From contig NC_068996.1 in assembly GCF_001194135.2 (NCBI RefSeq), forward strand, positions 10,729,556-10,770,557: DNA of 41,002 bases, given 5' to 3'. The translations under genes were made by a program, and so were the position numbers. Numbering within the stretch: position 1 is the first letter of the stretch; every line of letters begins with the position of its first letter. Below the pieces are notes generated by a model. That model was not told the DNA's origin. It ran no database searches and saw only the letters and a list, made by a program, of their open reading frames with translations. Positions 12,316 to 24,900 of this stretch are shown in pieces. Origin of the DNA: Octopus bimaculoides (Eukaryota).

Positions 12316-12419
12316 TAGACTGGGCGGGAAATAAATTCTGGCGGTATGAAATTACCATAAGACAACATCATTAGATCGCTGTGAAATAAAGAGAGTGACA
12401 CAAATAGGTAAGAATGCTG

Positions 12420-12641
12420 CAAGACGATAGGATAATCGAAATAGAAATGAGAGAGAAAGTCGGTAAAGATTACAAGAGGAGAATTAGGACGATGTTTGGA
12501 TCAAAATAAAATGGAAGGAGCATCATTGAAGCCATAAATACATGGACGATGTCCGATTTGAGATACTGTGCTCTCTTTCTGGAATGGACAATAATCGAGT
12601 TGTATAACTTGGATAGAAGAATTAGAATGCTGCTCACAATG
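12420..12641 (+). mobile_element. R4/Dong-like non-LTR retrotransposon fragment (region C-terminal to the RT core)
   Basis: QDDRIIEIEMREKVGKDYKRRIRTMFGSK*NGRSIIEAINTWTMSDLRYCALFLEWTIIELYNLDRRIRMLLTM resembles the clade pattern EMKEK..KEY.RR.R..L.SKLNG.N.I.AINTWA...RY....W...EL..LDR.TRK.LTM. Confidence 0.82.
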
Positions 12642-13182
12642 CCTATGTCTAAGTAGTGATTCTCCCTTTAATTGAGTAAACTGCCATAATCTCACATGGC
12701 AGTAATTAACAAATCATACCAATAATCAACAAATCACTGGTATTTTCACCGTATCACCTATGAGGACTTTTCTGATTTGTATTCACAAAGTCGTCATCGT
12801 CATTATTACTGCTACCCTTACGTTATCAATATTTTACACGATTTCAGTTATTTTTCCATCAAACAAGGAATGCACAGCATGAACATCATTGTCAATGTGC
12901 AGCACGTCTGCGAGGTGAGCTGCCTGCAACTAATTTGCAGGTTCATCTGATACACTTTTTGCATAACCAATGAGGCTTTATATCATCTTCTCATTAGTCA
13001 CTAGTCACATATTCATCGAATGTAGTTGTAGGAAAAAGTTTATACCAACTTTTTTTTATGCTAATTTAGTAATGTCTTTGAAGGCATCAACATATGCATA
13101 AATGGCACCCTTAAGACATGTTTCTGCGAAAATTCTGAAGTATTACATCTCTTTTAAAATTAAGTAAGAATGTATGAATACA

Positions 13183-13440
13183 GTGGAGGCGCGTGGCTTA
13201 GTGGTTAGGGTGTCAGCATCATGAACGTAAGATTGTGGTTTCGATTCTTGGACCGGGTGACGCGTTGTGTTCTTGAGCAAAACACTTCATTTCACGTTGC
13301 TCCAGTCCACTCAGCTGGCAAAAATGAGTAACGCTGCGATGGACTGGCGTCCCGTCCAGCTGGGGAACACATACGCCATTGAAGCCGGGAAACCGGGCCC
13401 ATGAGCCTGGCTAGGCTTTCAAAGGGCGCATTTATTATTT
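13183..13440 (+). mobile_element. tRNA-derived SINE (head C, CORE-like segment, V-domain-like body)
   Basis: A box tggcttagtgg at 13194, B box ggtttcgattc, tgtgttcttgagcaaaacac, gctgcgatggactggcgtcccgtccag (V-SINE-like motif), short tttattattt tail. Confidence 0.88.
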
Positions 13441-14251
13441 TATGTAAGAATAAAACCGTTTAGATATTTGGTCTTCGTGGAGAAGGAAATTGCTTGGTCC
13501 CAATGCTTACTTAAATATGTTGCAGAAGAAAATNNNNNNNNNNNNNNNNNNNNNNNNNNNNNNNNNNNNNNNNNNNNNNNNNNNNNNNNNNNNNNNNNNN
13601 NNNNNNNNNNNNNNNNNNNNNNNNNNNNNNNNNNNNNNNNNNNNNNNNNNNNNNNNNNNNNNNNNNNNNNNNNNNNNNNNNNNNNNNNNNNNNNNNNNNN
13701 NNNNNNNNNNNNNNNNNNNNNNNNNNNNNNNNNNNNNNNNNNNNNNNNNNNNNNNNNNNNNNNNNNNNNNNNNNNNNNNNNNNNNNNNNNNNNNNNNNNN
13801 NNNNNNNNNNNNNNNNNNNNNNNNNNNNNNNNNNNNNNNNNNNNNNNNNNNNNNNNNNNNNNNNNNNNNNNNNNNNNNNNNNNNNNNNNNNNNNNNNNNN
13901 NNNNNNNNNNNNNNNNNNNNNNNNNNNNNNNNNNNNNNNNNNNNNNNNNNNNNNNNNNNNNNNNNNNNNNNNNNNNNNNNNNNNNNNNNNNNNNNNNNNN
14001 NNNNNNNNNNNNNNNNNNNNNNNNNNNNNNNNNNNNNNNNNNNNNNNNNNNNNNNNNNNNNNNNNNNNNNNNNNNNNNNNNNNNNNNNNNNNNNNNNNNN
14101 NNNNNNNNNNNNNNNNNNNNNNNNNNNNNNNNNNNNNNNNNNNNNNNNNNNNNNNNNNNNNNNNNNNNNNNNNNNNNNNNNNNNNNNNNNNNNNNNNNNN
14201 NNNNNNNNNNNNNNNNNNNNNNNNNNNNNNNNNNNNNNNNNNNNNNNNNNN

Positions 14252-14308
<57 letters not shown>

Positions 14309-14868
14309 TGTGTGTGTGACTGTGTGTCTGTGTGTCTCTGTGTGTGTCTGTGTGTCTGTGTGTGTGTGTATGTGTGTGTGTGTGTGTTTAGAGGGATATA
14401 TTATTCGGCTCTCAGTTGTGTTCCAGCTTATGACTAACCACATAGATTAATATTTAACATCTATGACTAGTAGGGGTTGTCACTCACGCTATGAATTCCT
14501 CCGATGGGTAATTCCGTGCCGTTTCGCTGGTTGGCAATATTATCTGAATTGTATATTTATAATGATTATAACAACAGAGAATATGGAGAGTGGTCTATCC
14601 TCAAAATTTATTTCCTTTTATTTTACAATATCATACAGTTATTTATGGTTATGACGACACGTGTTTCCACTGCACAGAGCCAAACGGGTTGAAAAAACCT
14701 TTTACGAAGCTGCACAGAATATTATGCCCGGTTGCATATGCAACTGCACATAATCTGTGCAGTGGAAACACGCGTAGGTCGTCATAATCATAAAAATATG
14801 TTGTATGACATGGTAAATTTAAAAGGAAATAAACCAATCTCCATCTTCTCTATCGCTATAACTATTGC

Positions 14869-14987
<119 letters not shown>

Positions 14988-15073
14988 TGTGTGTGTGTGT
15001 GTCTGTCTCTGTATCTGTGTCTGTGTATCAAACATCAATGTTGTACATATTCAGATTTTACGTCTTTCAGTGT

Positions 15074-15478
15074 TCAGCACATCATATCTGTATTCCTTAT
15101 TTCAGTAGAATATATTTTGAAACACTCTAGTAATATATTGATGCCTTCACCATCAATCAGGCAACTGGTTTCATTTAGGAACCACCATTTGATAACCTTC
15201 AGCGTGACACTCAGTTCTGAAGTGATGCAGCCATCTTCAAGTGTATCTTTTAACTCAATTTTTCTTTCAGCGCCTTTTATTATTTCCTCCAAGAATCTTC
15301 CCAGAGGTTTCTCCTCTCTTTGTCTTTTCCCACTTCCTGTCATACTCAACATTAATTTACGTACAGGAGTTAATAATAGCGTTTCATATATCTTATTGCT
15401 TTTATGAGTTCTACAATTAAGAAACCATCGATACCAATTATGTAACATTCTCTTCAGCACGCCAAATTCCACCCCCAC
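15074..15478 (-). other. orphan 134-codon open frame of unknown identity (candidate exon or pseudogene/TE fragment)
   Basis: non-repetitive, stop-free frame in AT-rich DNA; GTG start only; no family recognised. Confidence 0.3.
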
Positions 15479-15663
15479 CCCTACGAATACTCAAAAGGTC
15501 TAATTTAATGTTTATGTGAATTGGACAGAGGGATGTATAGGCATCGAATACGAATAGAATGTAAATATAGAATATTTACTGCATACTGCAATGCGTTAGT
15601 ATATATTCGTGTGTTTTTGTTTGCTTTTTACTATTCACATTTTCATCCGCTGTGGAACTAAAT

Positions 15664-16052
15664 GTGGAGGCGCAATGACCCAGTGGTTAGGGCAGCGGAC
15701 TCGCGGTCATAGGATCGCGGTTTCGATTCCCAGACCGGGCGTTGTGAGTGTTTATTGAGCGAAAACACCTAAAGTTCCACGAGGCTCCGGCAGGGGGATG
15801 GTGACGAACCCTGCTGTACTCTTCCACCACAACTTTCTCTCATTCTTACTTCCTGTTTCTGTTGTGCCTGTAATTCAAAGGGTCAGCCTTGTCACACTGT
15901 GTCACGCTGAATATCCCCGAGAACTACGTTAAGAGTACACGTGTCTATGGAGTGCTCAGCCACTTGCACGTTAATTTCACGAGCAGGCTGTTCCGTTGAT
16001 CGGATCAACTGAAACCCTCGACGTCGTAAGCGACGGAGTGCCAACAACAACA
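15664..16052 (+). mobile_element. full-length tRNA-derived SINE (head C, body 3) with 9-bp TSD gaactaaat
   Basis: A box tgacccagtgg, B box ggtttcgattcc, (CAA)n tail; gaactaaat at 15655-15663 and 16053-16061. Confidence 0.93.
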
Positions 16053-17537
16053 GAACTAAATATAATAACTTGTTCAACCACACAACATATATAGCAGCTA
16101 CATACAGGAGTTTTGTTGGTTTATAAATTGGGTGCTAACAAATAACAGAACGAAACAGTCTTTTAGAAATGGCGATATAACTTTCCGAAAAATGAATAAA
16201 ATTACTATCCCTTTTAATAAGTGGAAAAGTAATGAGCTGAGCGACTCAAATTTGCTAGATGAAATAACAAATAGATACATATTAACTATGGCTGAACTAT
16301 TTTCGTTCATCTAAATAAGTTATTTTAATTATTCTTCCGTTCTGTTTCTATACTTACAAAACGTTTACAAACCGGAAATATGGTTAGAAATAGCTTCCTT
16401 AAAGCATCTAAAACGATCGCGAAATCAAGTTAGCAGCTAGATGCAAGATAAACTTCTTAAATACAGTTATACAGGATCGTGTAAAGTAATATAATAGATA
16501 ATGAATACTTCCTGAAAAATACTACAATTAAACAGAAATATTTCTCGCAATTATTTATACAGCAATAGTCTAAAAAAAAAAGATGGAGAAAATGGAGAAC
16601 TTTGGCGTCGGGAATTATTCTAAATTAGCGCTTGTCACAAGAAATATGGATTCCACTTTTGATTTTGTTAACAGAACAAAAACCCCTTTTTTATGTTATC
16701 GTGTTTAATAAGCATTTTAGTTTGTTCAAATTTACCTAAGACTTGGAAGAATTTTATGTTTATGATAAAACAAGGCTATCATCACCTTTCCAACATTGTC
16801 AAAAACTATGCAGAATAAAATACATCATTCTAATAGATATTTAAGTATCCAGTTAAGAATAATTATTGTCAAAAGTCGTTATCTTTTCAAAAAATAGAAA
16901 CGGACGTAGTTTTATCGCTAACAATCTTGATAGTGATAAATATTTCCTATTTCTCGGAATTTCTAAATAGACAAAGTAATGTCAAGCAAATACCAATTTA
17001 AATGATTTGGGTTAGATTTCTTGAACTTCTAATAAAGAATCAACCATTATTGCTAAATGCTATAGAGGCCGGTTCTAGAAGAAGCACACACACTTTGCAA
17101 AATGTTTCATATTTTTATTTGATTATTTCAGAATTGGAATGGTTTAGTTATGCATGAATTTGTTGCTAAGAAATTTTTAATACATTTGACAGTTATAATT
17201 ATATCGCAGTCCGTGAGCAACGAAATCATTGGTAACTCAGTATATTAAGTGTAATAGCGTCTGTAATTCGATGAGGAACAAATATCTCAAGGGGAGACAT
17301 TTACCACCCCTCAACGATAGTGTCTATATTTATCATCGATATACCTATCGGCAGGACGATATATTTAGACAATTCCAAACATACATACGTGTGTGTGTAT
17401 GCGTGTGTCCAATATGCTTGTAAAGCCTACGAACTGGACGAAATAAGTAAGATATTGAACCTGTAAGGGAGCAAAGAAATGGCGGACTAGAATACATACA
17501 CGAAAGGCGCGTGGAGAAAGGACGCAGCAGCAGGAGT

Positions 17538-17574
<37 letters not shown>

Positions 17575-17869
17575 ATTTGTGTGAGTATTGACAAACTGAT
17601 TAGGAGTAGCGGTCAAGCAGAAGTGACAAAGGGAACGGAGTGAGGAAAGAAACGAATAATTGAAATTGAACTGAAGTCGAGGAGAATGAAATGTGTCAGT
17701 GTGTCGATGATTGTTTGTGTCTGTATACAATTGTGCGTATGCCTGTGTGTGTGTATGCATGTGTGTATGAAGTATTGATATATGTATTTATGTGTGTGAC
17801 CACGAATCGGTGTGACTACGTGTATGCGTGTGAAGTAGAGAAATAGTGGCGATTAGTTGAAGACATGTT

Positions 17870-17923
17870 CATCGGAGTGTCATCGGAGTGTCATCGGAGT
17901 GTCATCGGAGTGTCATCGGTTGT
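17870..17923. repeat. 11-bp tandem repeat (catcggagtgt) x4 plus a degenerate unit
   Basis: direct reading. Confidence 0.95.
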
Positions 17924-18160
17924 ATATTTATGCATGCCTGTATAAAATAAGTATGAGTATGTAAATGTCCACGTGTTGGTATGTGTGTGCATGCTTGCGT
18001 GTATGTGACAAACAGATGAAAGATGGTAGATGAGTAGAGTTATGTGTACGTGTGTCTATTTGTAAAATAATTGAAATTTGTGATTGAGTGTTAGAGAGGT
18101 GGCGGAAGAGAGGTGTGTGTACATGAGTATATTGAAGCTGTGTTTATTTGATAAGTGTGC

Positions 18161-18192
<32 letters not shown>

Positions 18193-19099
18193 ATGTGTGT
18201 GTGTGTGTGCACGCGTATGTGTGTCTATATGTGTACGTGTGCGTGTGTAAGTGCAGGGGCGATGAAATGTGAGCAAGGGCACTGAAGATACGGTTCGTGG
18301 GTGCAATGAAACTGTGTGGTGGGAGTGAGGACACAGCAAGGGAATATGTGTATCATTCTGGAGCAGGCAAGTGCAATGGACCAAGCTAGAAGTGAGGTAA
18401 TGGATTTAAGGTAAGGTTTAACATTTTAATTTGTAATTTACTTGAAGTATTGTAAAGTGTAATGGTTACACTCGCGCGTGCACTAAGAATTGAGAAATGT
18501 GGTAAAGTATCTACGTTAACGCCAATAGATAAAAATAAAGGAAAGGTATTATCTTCAATGCTTATATTATATTTCGGGAAAAATTCCCCTTACTAAATAT
18601 AAGACAGAAAACAATTCAAGAATTCATAGAAATGATGTTAAATACTAGCATCGCCTTACTTCAACAATGTCTAACTTCCTATCAGCATCGTTTAAAAGTT
18701 TGTTTTTAATTATTCCTATAAAGGGTGTAAATATTTTGAGAACTAATTTTTAGTTCCCTTACTGGTAATTTCAAATGCTCCCACAATCATTGCTACTGTA
18801 ACCGTCTTGAGATGCTATCTTTGCTTCCACTAAAAATTAGTTGAGAATGATCCCTTCTCTAAATATATCTACTTCCATGCCTTCAAGCTTTATTCTAATT
18901 CACCTATCGCTCTCTCTATCTCTCCACTATTAGTTTTATGCTAATTTCTTTCTTTCTCTTCCTTCTCTTTCTATAAACTAACTTAACGTTGTATCTACTA
19001 ACGGTTATTTTTTTTTTTTAAACTTGATAGCGTTCCCTTCATCATATACACAGTCATCACATTCTGTTAAAATGTCTTATTGATGTGTTTGGTTTCTTT

Positions 19100-19188
19100 C
19101 TTTCCCTGATGAGAAGATTGCATTGTTTTACACCATTTTATTCCTTCTGGAATAATACCAATGTTTTCTTCGAAACATATGTCGAAAG
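19100..19188 (+). ncRNA. type I hammerhead ribozyme motif (Penelope pLTR-type), long stem II
   Basis: CTGATGA 19106-19112; stem II gaaga/tcttc 19113-17/19167-71; GAAA 19172-75; palindromic stem III acatatgt; GUC cleavage triplet ending 19183; stem I ctttc/gaaag with one extra C. Confidence 0.72.
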
Positions 19189-20272
19189 TAAAAAGATTTG
19201 AATAACACCTGCATTTAACTCCGTTTATTTATTTATCTATATTATACAAAAAACACTTCACCTAAACCTGGAGTTTCTACCTTTATAAATAGGCTGTTAC
19301 ATCCTTGGTGCTTGTGTGAATTTTTGCTACCCTGGTAACTATTTATTTTTTTCCGTGTTATTTGTAAACACTGAANNNNNNNNNNNNNNNNNNNNNNNNN
19401 NNNNNNNNNNNNNNNNNNNNNNNNNNNNNNNNNNNNNNNNNNNNNNNNNNNNNNNNNNNNNNNNNNNNNNNNNNNNNNNNNNNNNNNNNNNNNNNNNNNN
19501 NNNNNNNNNNNNNNNNNNNNNNNNNNNNNNNNNNNNNNNNNNNNNNNNNNNNNNNNNNNNNNNNNNNNNNNNNNNNNNNNNNNNNNNNNNNNNNNNNNNN
19601 NNNNNNNNNNNNNNNNNNNNNNNNNNNNNNNNNNNNNNNNNNNNNNNNNNNNNNNNNNNNNNNNNNNNNNNNNNNNNNNNNNNNNNNNNNNNNNNNNNNN
19701 NNNNNNNNNNNNNNNNNNNNNNNNNNNNNNNNNNNNNNNNNNNNNNNNNNNNNNNNNNNNNNNNNNNNNNNNNNNNNNNNNNNNNNNNNNNNNNNNNNNN
19801 NNNNNNNNNNNNNNNNNNNNNNNNNNNNNNNNNNNNNNNNNNNNNNNNNNNNNNNNNNNNNNNNNNNNNNNNNNNNNNNNNNNNNNNNNNNNNNNNNNNN
19901 NNNNNNNNNNNNNNNNNNNNNNNNNNNNNNNNNNNNNNNNNNNNNNNNNNNNNNNNNNNNNNNNNNNNNNNNNNNNNNNNNNNNNNNNNNNNNNNNNNNN
20001 NNNNNNNNNNNNNNNNNNNNNNNNNNNNNNNNNNNNNNNNNNNNNNNNNNNNNNCAGTAATACGAAATTATTGTGGAGCTTACAAAGATCATAATTTATA
20101 AAGAGAAAATTGAAAGAACAAAATCGCTGCAACTTTAGATACCGTACAACAATTTGCATGGTTATTCTACCTGCAAGAAGTAGCTGCCAAACCTGTCTAA
20201 AATCTCACAGTAGTATGCGATGGAAAGAGTAATATGTGAGTGGGGGCATGCGTGTGTGTGTGTGCGTGTGTG

Positions 20273-20305
<33 letters not shown>

Positions 20306-20409
20306 GTCTGCATATATATATAGAGAGAGAAAGAGAGATAGAGAGAGGGGGAGAGGGATAGATAGATAGATAGATAGATAGATATACATATACAAATATA
20401 TGCATACAT

Positions 20410-20470
20410 GGCGGTGCCACAGCATGGCCACAGCTCATGAGCTGAAACTAGATAAAATGAAAAAAAAAAA
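20410..20470 (+). mobile_element. isolated LINE/SINE 3' tail with A-rich end
   Basis: ggcggtgccacagcatggccacagctcatgagctgaaac then A-run; homologous to 36273-36310 and to the family B tail. Confidence 0.75.
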
Positions 20471-20533
20471 AATGATACATGGACAAATATATAAATACAT
20501 ACACACACACATATATATGTACATATGTATACA

Positions 20534-20581
<48 letters not shown>

Positions 20582-21621
20582 CATATNNNNNNNNNNNNNN
20601 NNNNNNNNNNNNNNNNNNNNNNNNNNNNNNNNNNNNNNNNNNNNNNNNNNNNNNNNNNNNNNNNNNNNNNNNNNNNNNNNNNNNNNNNNNNNNNNNNNNN
20701 NNNNNNNNNNNNNNNNNNNNNNNNNNNNNNNNNNNNNNNNNNNNNNNNNNNNNNNNNNNNNNNNNNNNNNNNNNNNNNNNNNNNNNNNNNNNNNNNNNNN
20801 NNNNNNNNNNNNNNNNNNNNNNNNNNNNNNNNNNNNNNNNNNNNNNNNNNNNNNNNNNNNNNNNNNNNNNNNNNNNNNNNNNNNNNNNNNNNNNNNNNNN
20901 NNNNNNNNNNNNNNNNNNNNNNNNNNNNNNNNNNNNNNNNNNNNNNNNNNNNNNNNNNNNNNNNNNNNNNNNNNNNNNNNNNNNNNNNNNNNNNNNNNNN
21001 NNNNNNNNNNNNNNNNNNNNNNNNNNNNNNNNNNNNNNNNNNNNNNNNNNNNNNNNNNNNNNNNNNNNNNNNNNNNNNNNNNNNNNNNNNNNNNNNNNNN
21101 NNNNNNNNNNNNNNNNNNNNNNNNNNNNNNNNNNNNNNNNNNNNNNNNNNNNNNNNNNNNNNNNNNNNNNNNNNNNNNNNNNNNNNNNNNNNNNNNNNNN
21201 NNNNNNNNNNNNNNNNNNNNNNNNNNNNNNNNNNNNNNNNNNNNNNNNNNNNNNNNNNNNNNNNNNNNNNNNNNNNNNNNNNNNNNNNNNNNNNNNNNNN
21301 NNNNNNNNNNNNNNNNNNNNNNNNNNNNNNNNNNNNNNNNNNNNNNNNNNNNNNNNNNNNNNNNNNNNNNNNNNNNNNNNNNNNNNNNNNNNNNNNNNNN
21401 NNNNNNNNNNNNNNNNNNNNNNNNNNNNNNNNNNNNNNNNNNNNNNNNNNNNNNNNNNNNNNNNTGTGTGTGTGTGTGTGTACATACATGCATACATACA
21501 TACATAGCATCTGCAGTCTAATTCTCTAAGTTTCGTCAAAATTGGAAAAGTAGAACAAAATGGTAAAAGTTTTTGAAATCTGAATAAGGCCTAAATTCGT
21601 GTTTATGCCATCTTTTCTCTG

Positions 21622-21659
<38 letters not shown>

Positions 21660-22371
21660 GTGTGTGTGTGTGTGTGTGTGCGTGCGTGTGTGTATGGTAT
21701 ATATTGAGAGAGAGAGAGAGAGGGGGGAGGGATAGATAGATACACGCACACACATACACATATATATATGTATATATAACACAAATATGTGTATATGGAT
21801 ATGTGTAAATATATATATATATATGTATGTGTGTGTAATTACCACGGATAAAACTGGTTTGATTATACAGCAAAAACGACAACAACAATAACACAGATAC
21901 AGTCTACGTGCGGCCTGTCAGCCGAATTGGCCAAGCTTTATTTGACATTAAGGAAATTTACAAATCCGAACCTTCTGTATTCATGAGAGCTTACTGCAGG
22001 AAATATCAACGAAATTTCTCTGGAATCAAACCGTTGAAAACTAGGAAGAACACTAAGACTGCAGCTCGGTCGAAGCCGTCTTGATGCAATCAAACTATCT
22101 ACAAAATAGAACAAGTTGTGCTTTGCCTTTTGGAATAGATGCGAGGGTCATGGAAGGAATCTCATGTCATAAGTTTTTATCTAGAGCTAACCGCAACCAC
22201 CACGACCACGACCATGACTACGACCACGACCAACAACATGTAGTGTCGAAACGGCAAATTATTTAATAAACATTCGGTTTAGTTCTTATATTCAAGTACG
22301 AGGAACCTGGAGCGAACCACATCCTCATACAACACTCGTAGATTAAGAGGCTTCACGCTCAATGATACCGT

Positions 22372-22420
<49 letters not shown>

Positions 22421-22606
22421 TTCAATTTTTGGCACAAGGCCCGAAGTTTCGACTCCAGTGCTCAGCTCGTACTTATTTTATCGAACTTCCAAGGAAGAAA
22501 GGTAAAGTTGACATCATTGGAATTTGAACACTGGACGTAAAGGCGCGGGAGAAATGCTGCTAAGGTGTATTTCCCAACGTGTTAATGATTCTGCCAGCTC
22601 GCCACC
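22372..22606 (-). mobile_element. Meta-like SINE (family A) with (ACT)n tail
   Basis: ttggcacaaggcc...tacttattttatcgaac...aatgattctgccagctcgccacc; (AGT)n at 22372-22419 on the plus strand. Confidence 0.85.
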
Positions 22607-23297
22607 GAACCATTGCTGAAGCATGTGCAGAAGTCCGGTATCAAAATTGATAATTGTGTAAAGAAGGAAAGACTTAAAAGGAGAACTCAATATATATATA
22701 TANNNNNNNNNNNNNNNNNNNNNNNNNNNNNNNNNNNNNNNNNNNNNNNNNNNNNNNNNNNNNNNNNNNNNNNNNNNNNNNNNNNNNNNNNNNNNNNNNN
22801 NNNNNNNNNNNNNNNNNNNNNNNNNNNNNNNNNNNNNNNNNNNNNNNNNNNNNNNNNNNNNNNNNNNNNNNNNNNNNNNNNNNNNNNNNNNNNNNNNNNN
22901 NNNNNNNNNNNNNNNNNNNNNNNNNNNNNNNNNNNNNNNNNNNNNNNNNNNNNNNNNNNNNNNNNNNNNNNNNNNNNNNNNNNNNNNNNNNNNNNNNNNN
23001 NNNNNNNNNNNNNNNNNNNNNNNNNNNNNNNNNNNNNNNNNNNNNNNNNNNNNNNNNNNNNNNNNNNNNNNNNNNNNNNNNNNNNNNNNNNNNNNNNNNN
23101 NNNNNNNNNNNNNNNNNNNNNNNNNNNNNNNNNNNNNNNNNNNNNNNNNNNNNNNNNNNNNNNNNNNNNNNNNNNNNNNNNNNNNNNNNNNNNNNNNNNN
23201 NNNNNNNNNNNNNNNNNNNNNNNNNNNNNNNNNNNNNNNNNNNNNNNNNNNNNNNNNNNNNNNNNNNNNNNNNNNNNNNNNNNNNNNNNNNNNNNNN

Positions 23298-23329
<32 letters not shown>

Positions 23330-23367
23330 TGTATGTATGTATGTATGTATGTATCTATCTATCTATC

Positions 23368-23402
<35 letters not shown>

Positions 23403-23472
23403 ATGTATATATATATACATATATACATATATGTATATATATATGTGCGTGTGTGTATATGTATGTACGCAC

Positions 23473-23518
23473 ATACATACATACATACATACATACATAC
23501 ATACATACATACATACAT
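23473..23518. repeat. (ACAT)n microsatellite without LINE insertion
   Basis: direct reading. Confidence 0.95.
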
Positions 23519-24900
23519 AGAGGTCAGTTGCCAAGCGGATGTGAATATTCGATCAAACGTCCAGGAAAATGAGATCATCTATGCTGAATTAATGCGAACT
23601 TACGGCTCTTATACTCTGACTATGAACGCTCATTTGCACCTATCATCATAGGTAGATTAGGTTATGTGCCAACAAGTTTGCACAAAAATCTAGAAAACCG
23701 CAAGGCCGCAATTTGATGACTGAAACAGGTCAAGAAATAAAAAGATGGAAGTTCGTATTTTCTTGTATGTAGGCTTAAAACGTTTTTTAGACGAGATGAA
23801 TAAGTCGCCACATCGCATGAACAAAAATAAATAAATGTGCATGAGTTGAAGTGGGCGTGGTTGGAAACACTCAAGTAATGTAAATTCATATTGGCTTTTT
23901 TGCATGATTACCTTGCAACCATAATCTGTTTCTCTTCTTCCTCTCGTTTGCTCTCTCACCTCTATCTGTTCCTCCTTCTCTTCATCATTCTATCTTTCAG
24001 CTCGCTCTCGACATATATTTATAATTTTACACACACGGATACGCATGCGCATACACAAATATATACCAACAAACAAACATACACACACACACTCTCTCTT
24101 TCCTTTCCTGAGCGTCCAATAATACTATCCATATCACGTCCTCACTTTGTTGTTTTTTGTTTTTTTGTTATTGTTTTTTTTAACTATATATATATATATA
24201 TNNNNNNNNNNNNNNNNNNNNNNNNNNNNNNNNNNNNNNNNNNNNNNNNNNNNNNNNNNNNNNNNNNNNNNNNNNNNNNNNNNNNNNNNNNNNNNNNNNN
24301 NNNNNNNNNNNNNNNNNNNNNNNNNNNNNNNNNNNNNNNNNNNNNNNNNNNNNNNNNNNNNNNNNNNNNNNNNNNNNNNNNNNNNNNNNNNNNNNNNNNN
24401 NNNNNNNNNNNNNNNNNNNNNNNNNNNNNNNNNNNNNNNNNNNNNNNNNNNNNNNNNNNNNNNNNNNNNNNNNNNNNNNNNNNNNNNNNNNNNNNNNNNN
24501 NNNNNNNNNNNNNNNNNNNNNNNNNNNNNNNNNNNNNNNNNNNNNNNNNNNNNNNNNNNNNNNNNNNNNNNNNNNNNNNNNNNNNNNNNNNNNNNNNNNN
24601 NNNNNNNNNNNNNNNNNNNNNNNNNNNNNNNNNNNNNNNNNNNNNNNNNNNNNNNNNNNNNNNNNNNNNNNNNNNNNNNNNNNNNNNNNNNNNNNNNNNN
24701 NNNNNNNNNNNNNNNNNNNNNNNNNNNNNNNNNNNNNNNNNNNNNNNNNNNNNNNNNNNNNNNNNNNNNNNNNNNNNNNNNNNNNNNNNNNNNNNNNNNN
24801 NNNNNNNNNNNNNNNNNNNNNNNNNNNNNNNNNNNNNNNNNNNNNNNNNNNNNNNNNNNNNNNNNNNNNNNNNNNNNNNNNNNNNNNNNNNNNNNNNNNN

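Noticed and set aside
12680-12703. 8-bp hairpin actgccat/atggcagt
   Set aside because: Hairpins of this size are expected by chance in 41 kb; no supporting context.
13183-13260. tRNA-like sequences at SINE heads (also 15664, 8330-8400, 29774)
   Set aside because: A and B boxes are present but there is no complete cloverleaf, and each continues into a SINE body; not tRNA genes.
23519-23651. Possible exon with ITIM-like IIYAEL after (ACAT)n
   Set aside because: Short frame and a weak acceptor without a polypyrimidine tract; a 6-residue motif is expected by chance.
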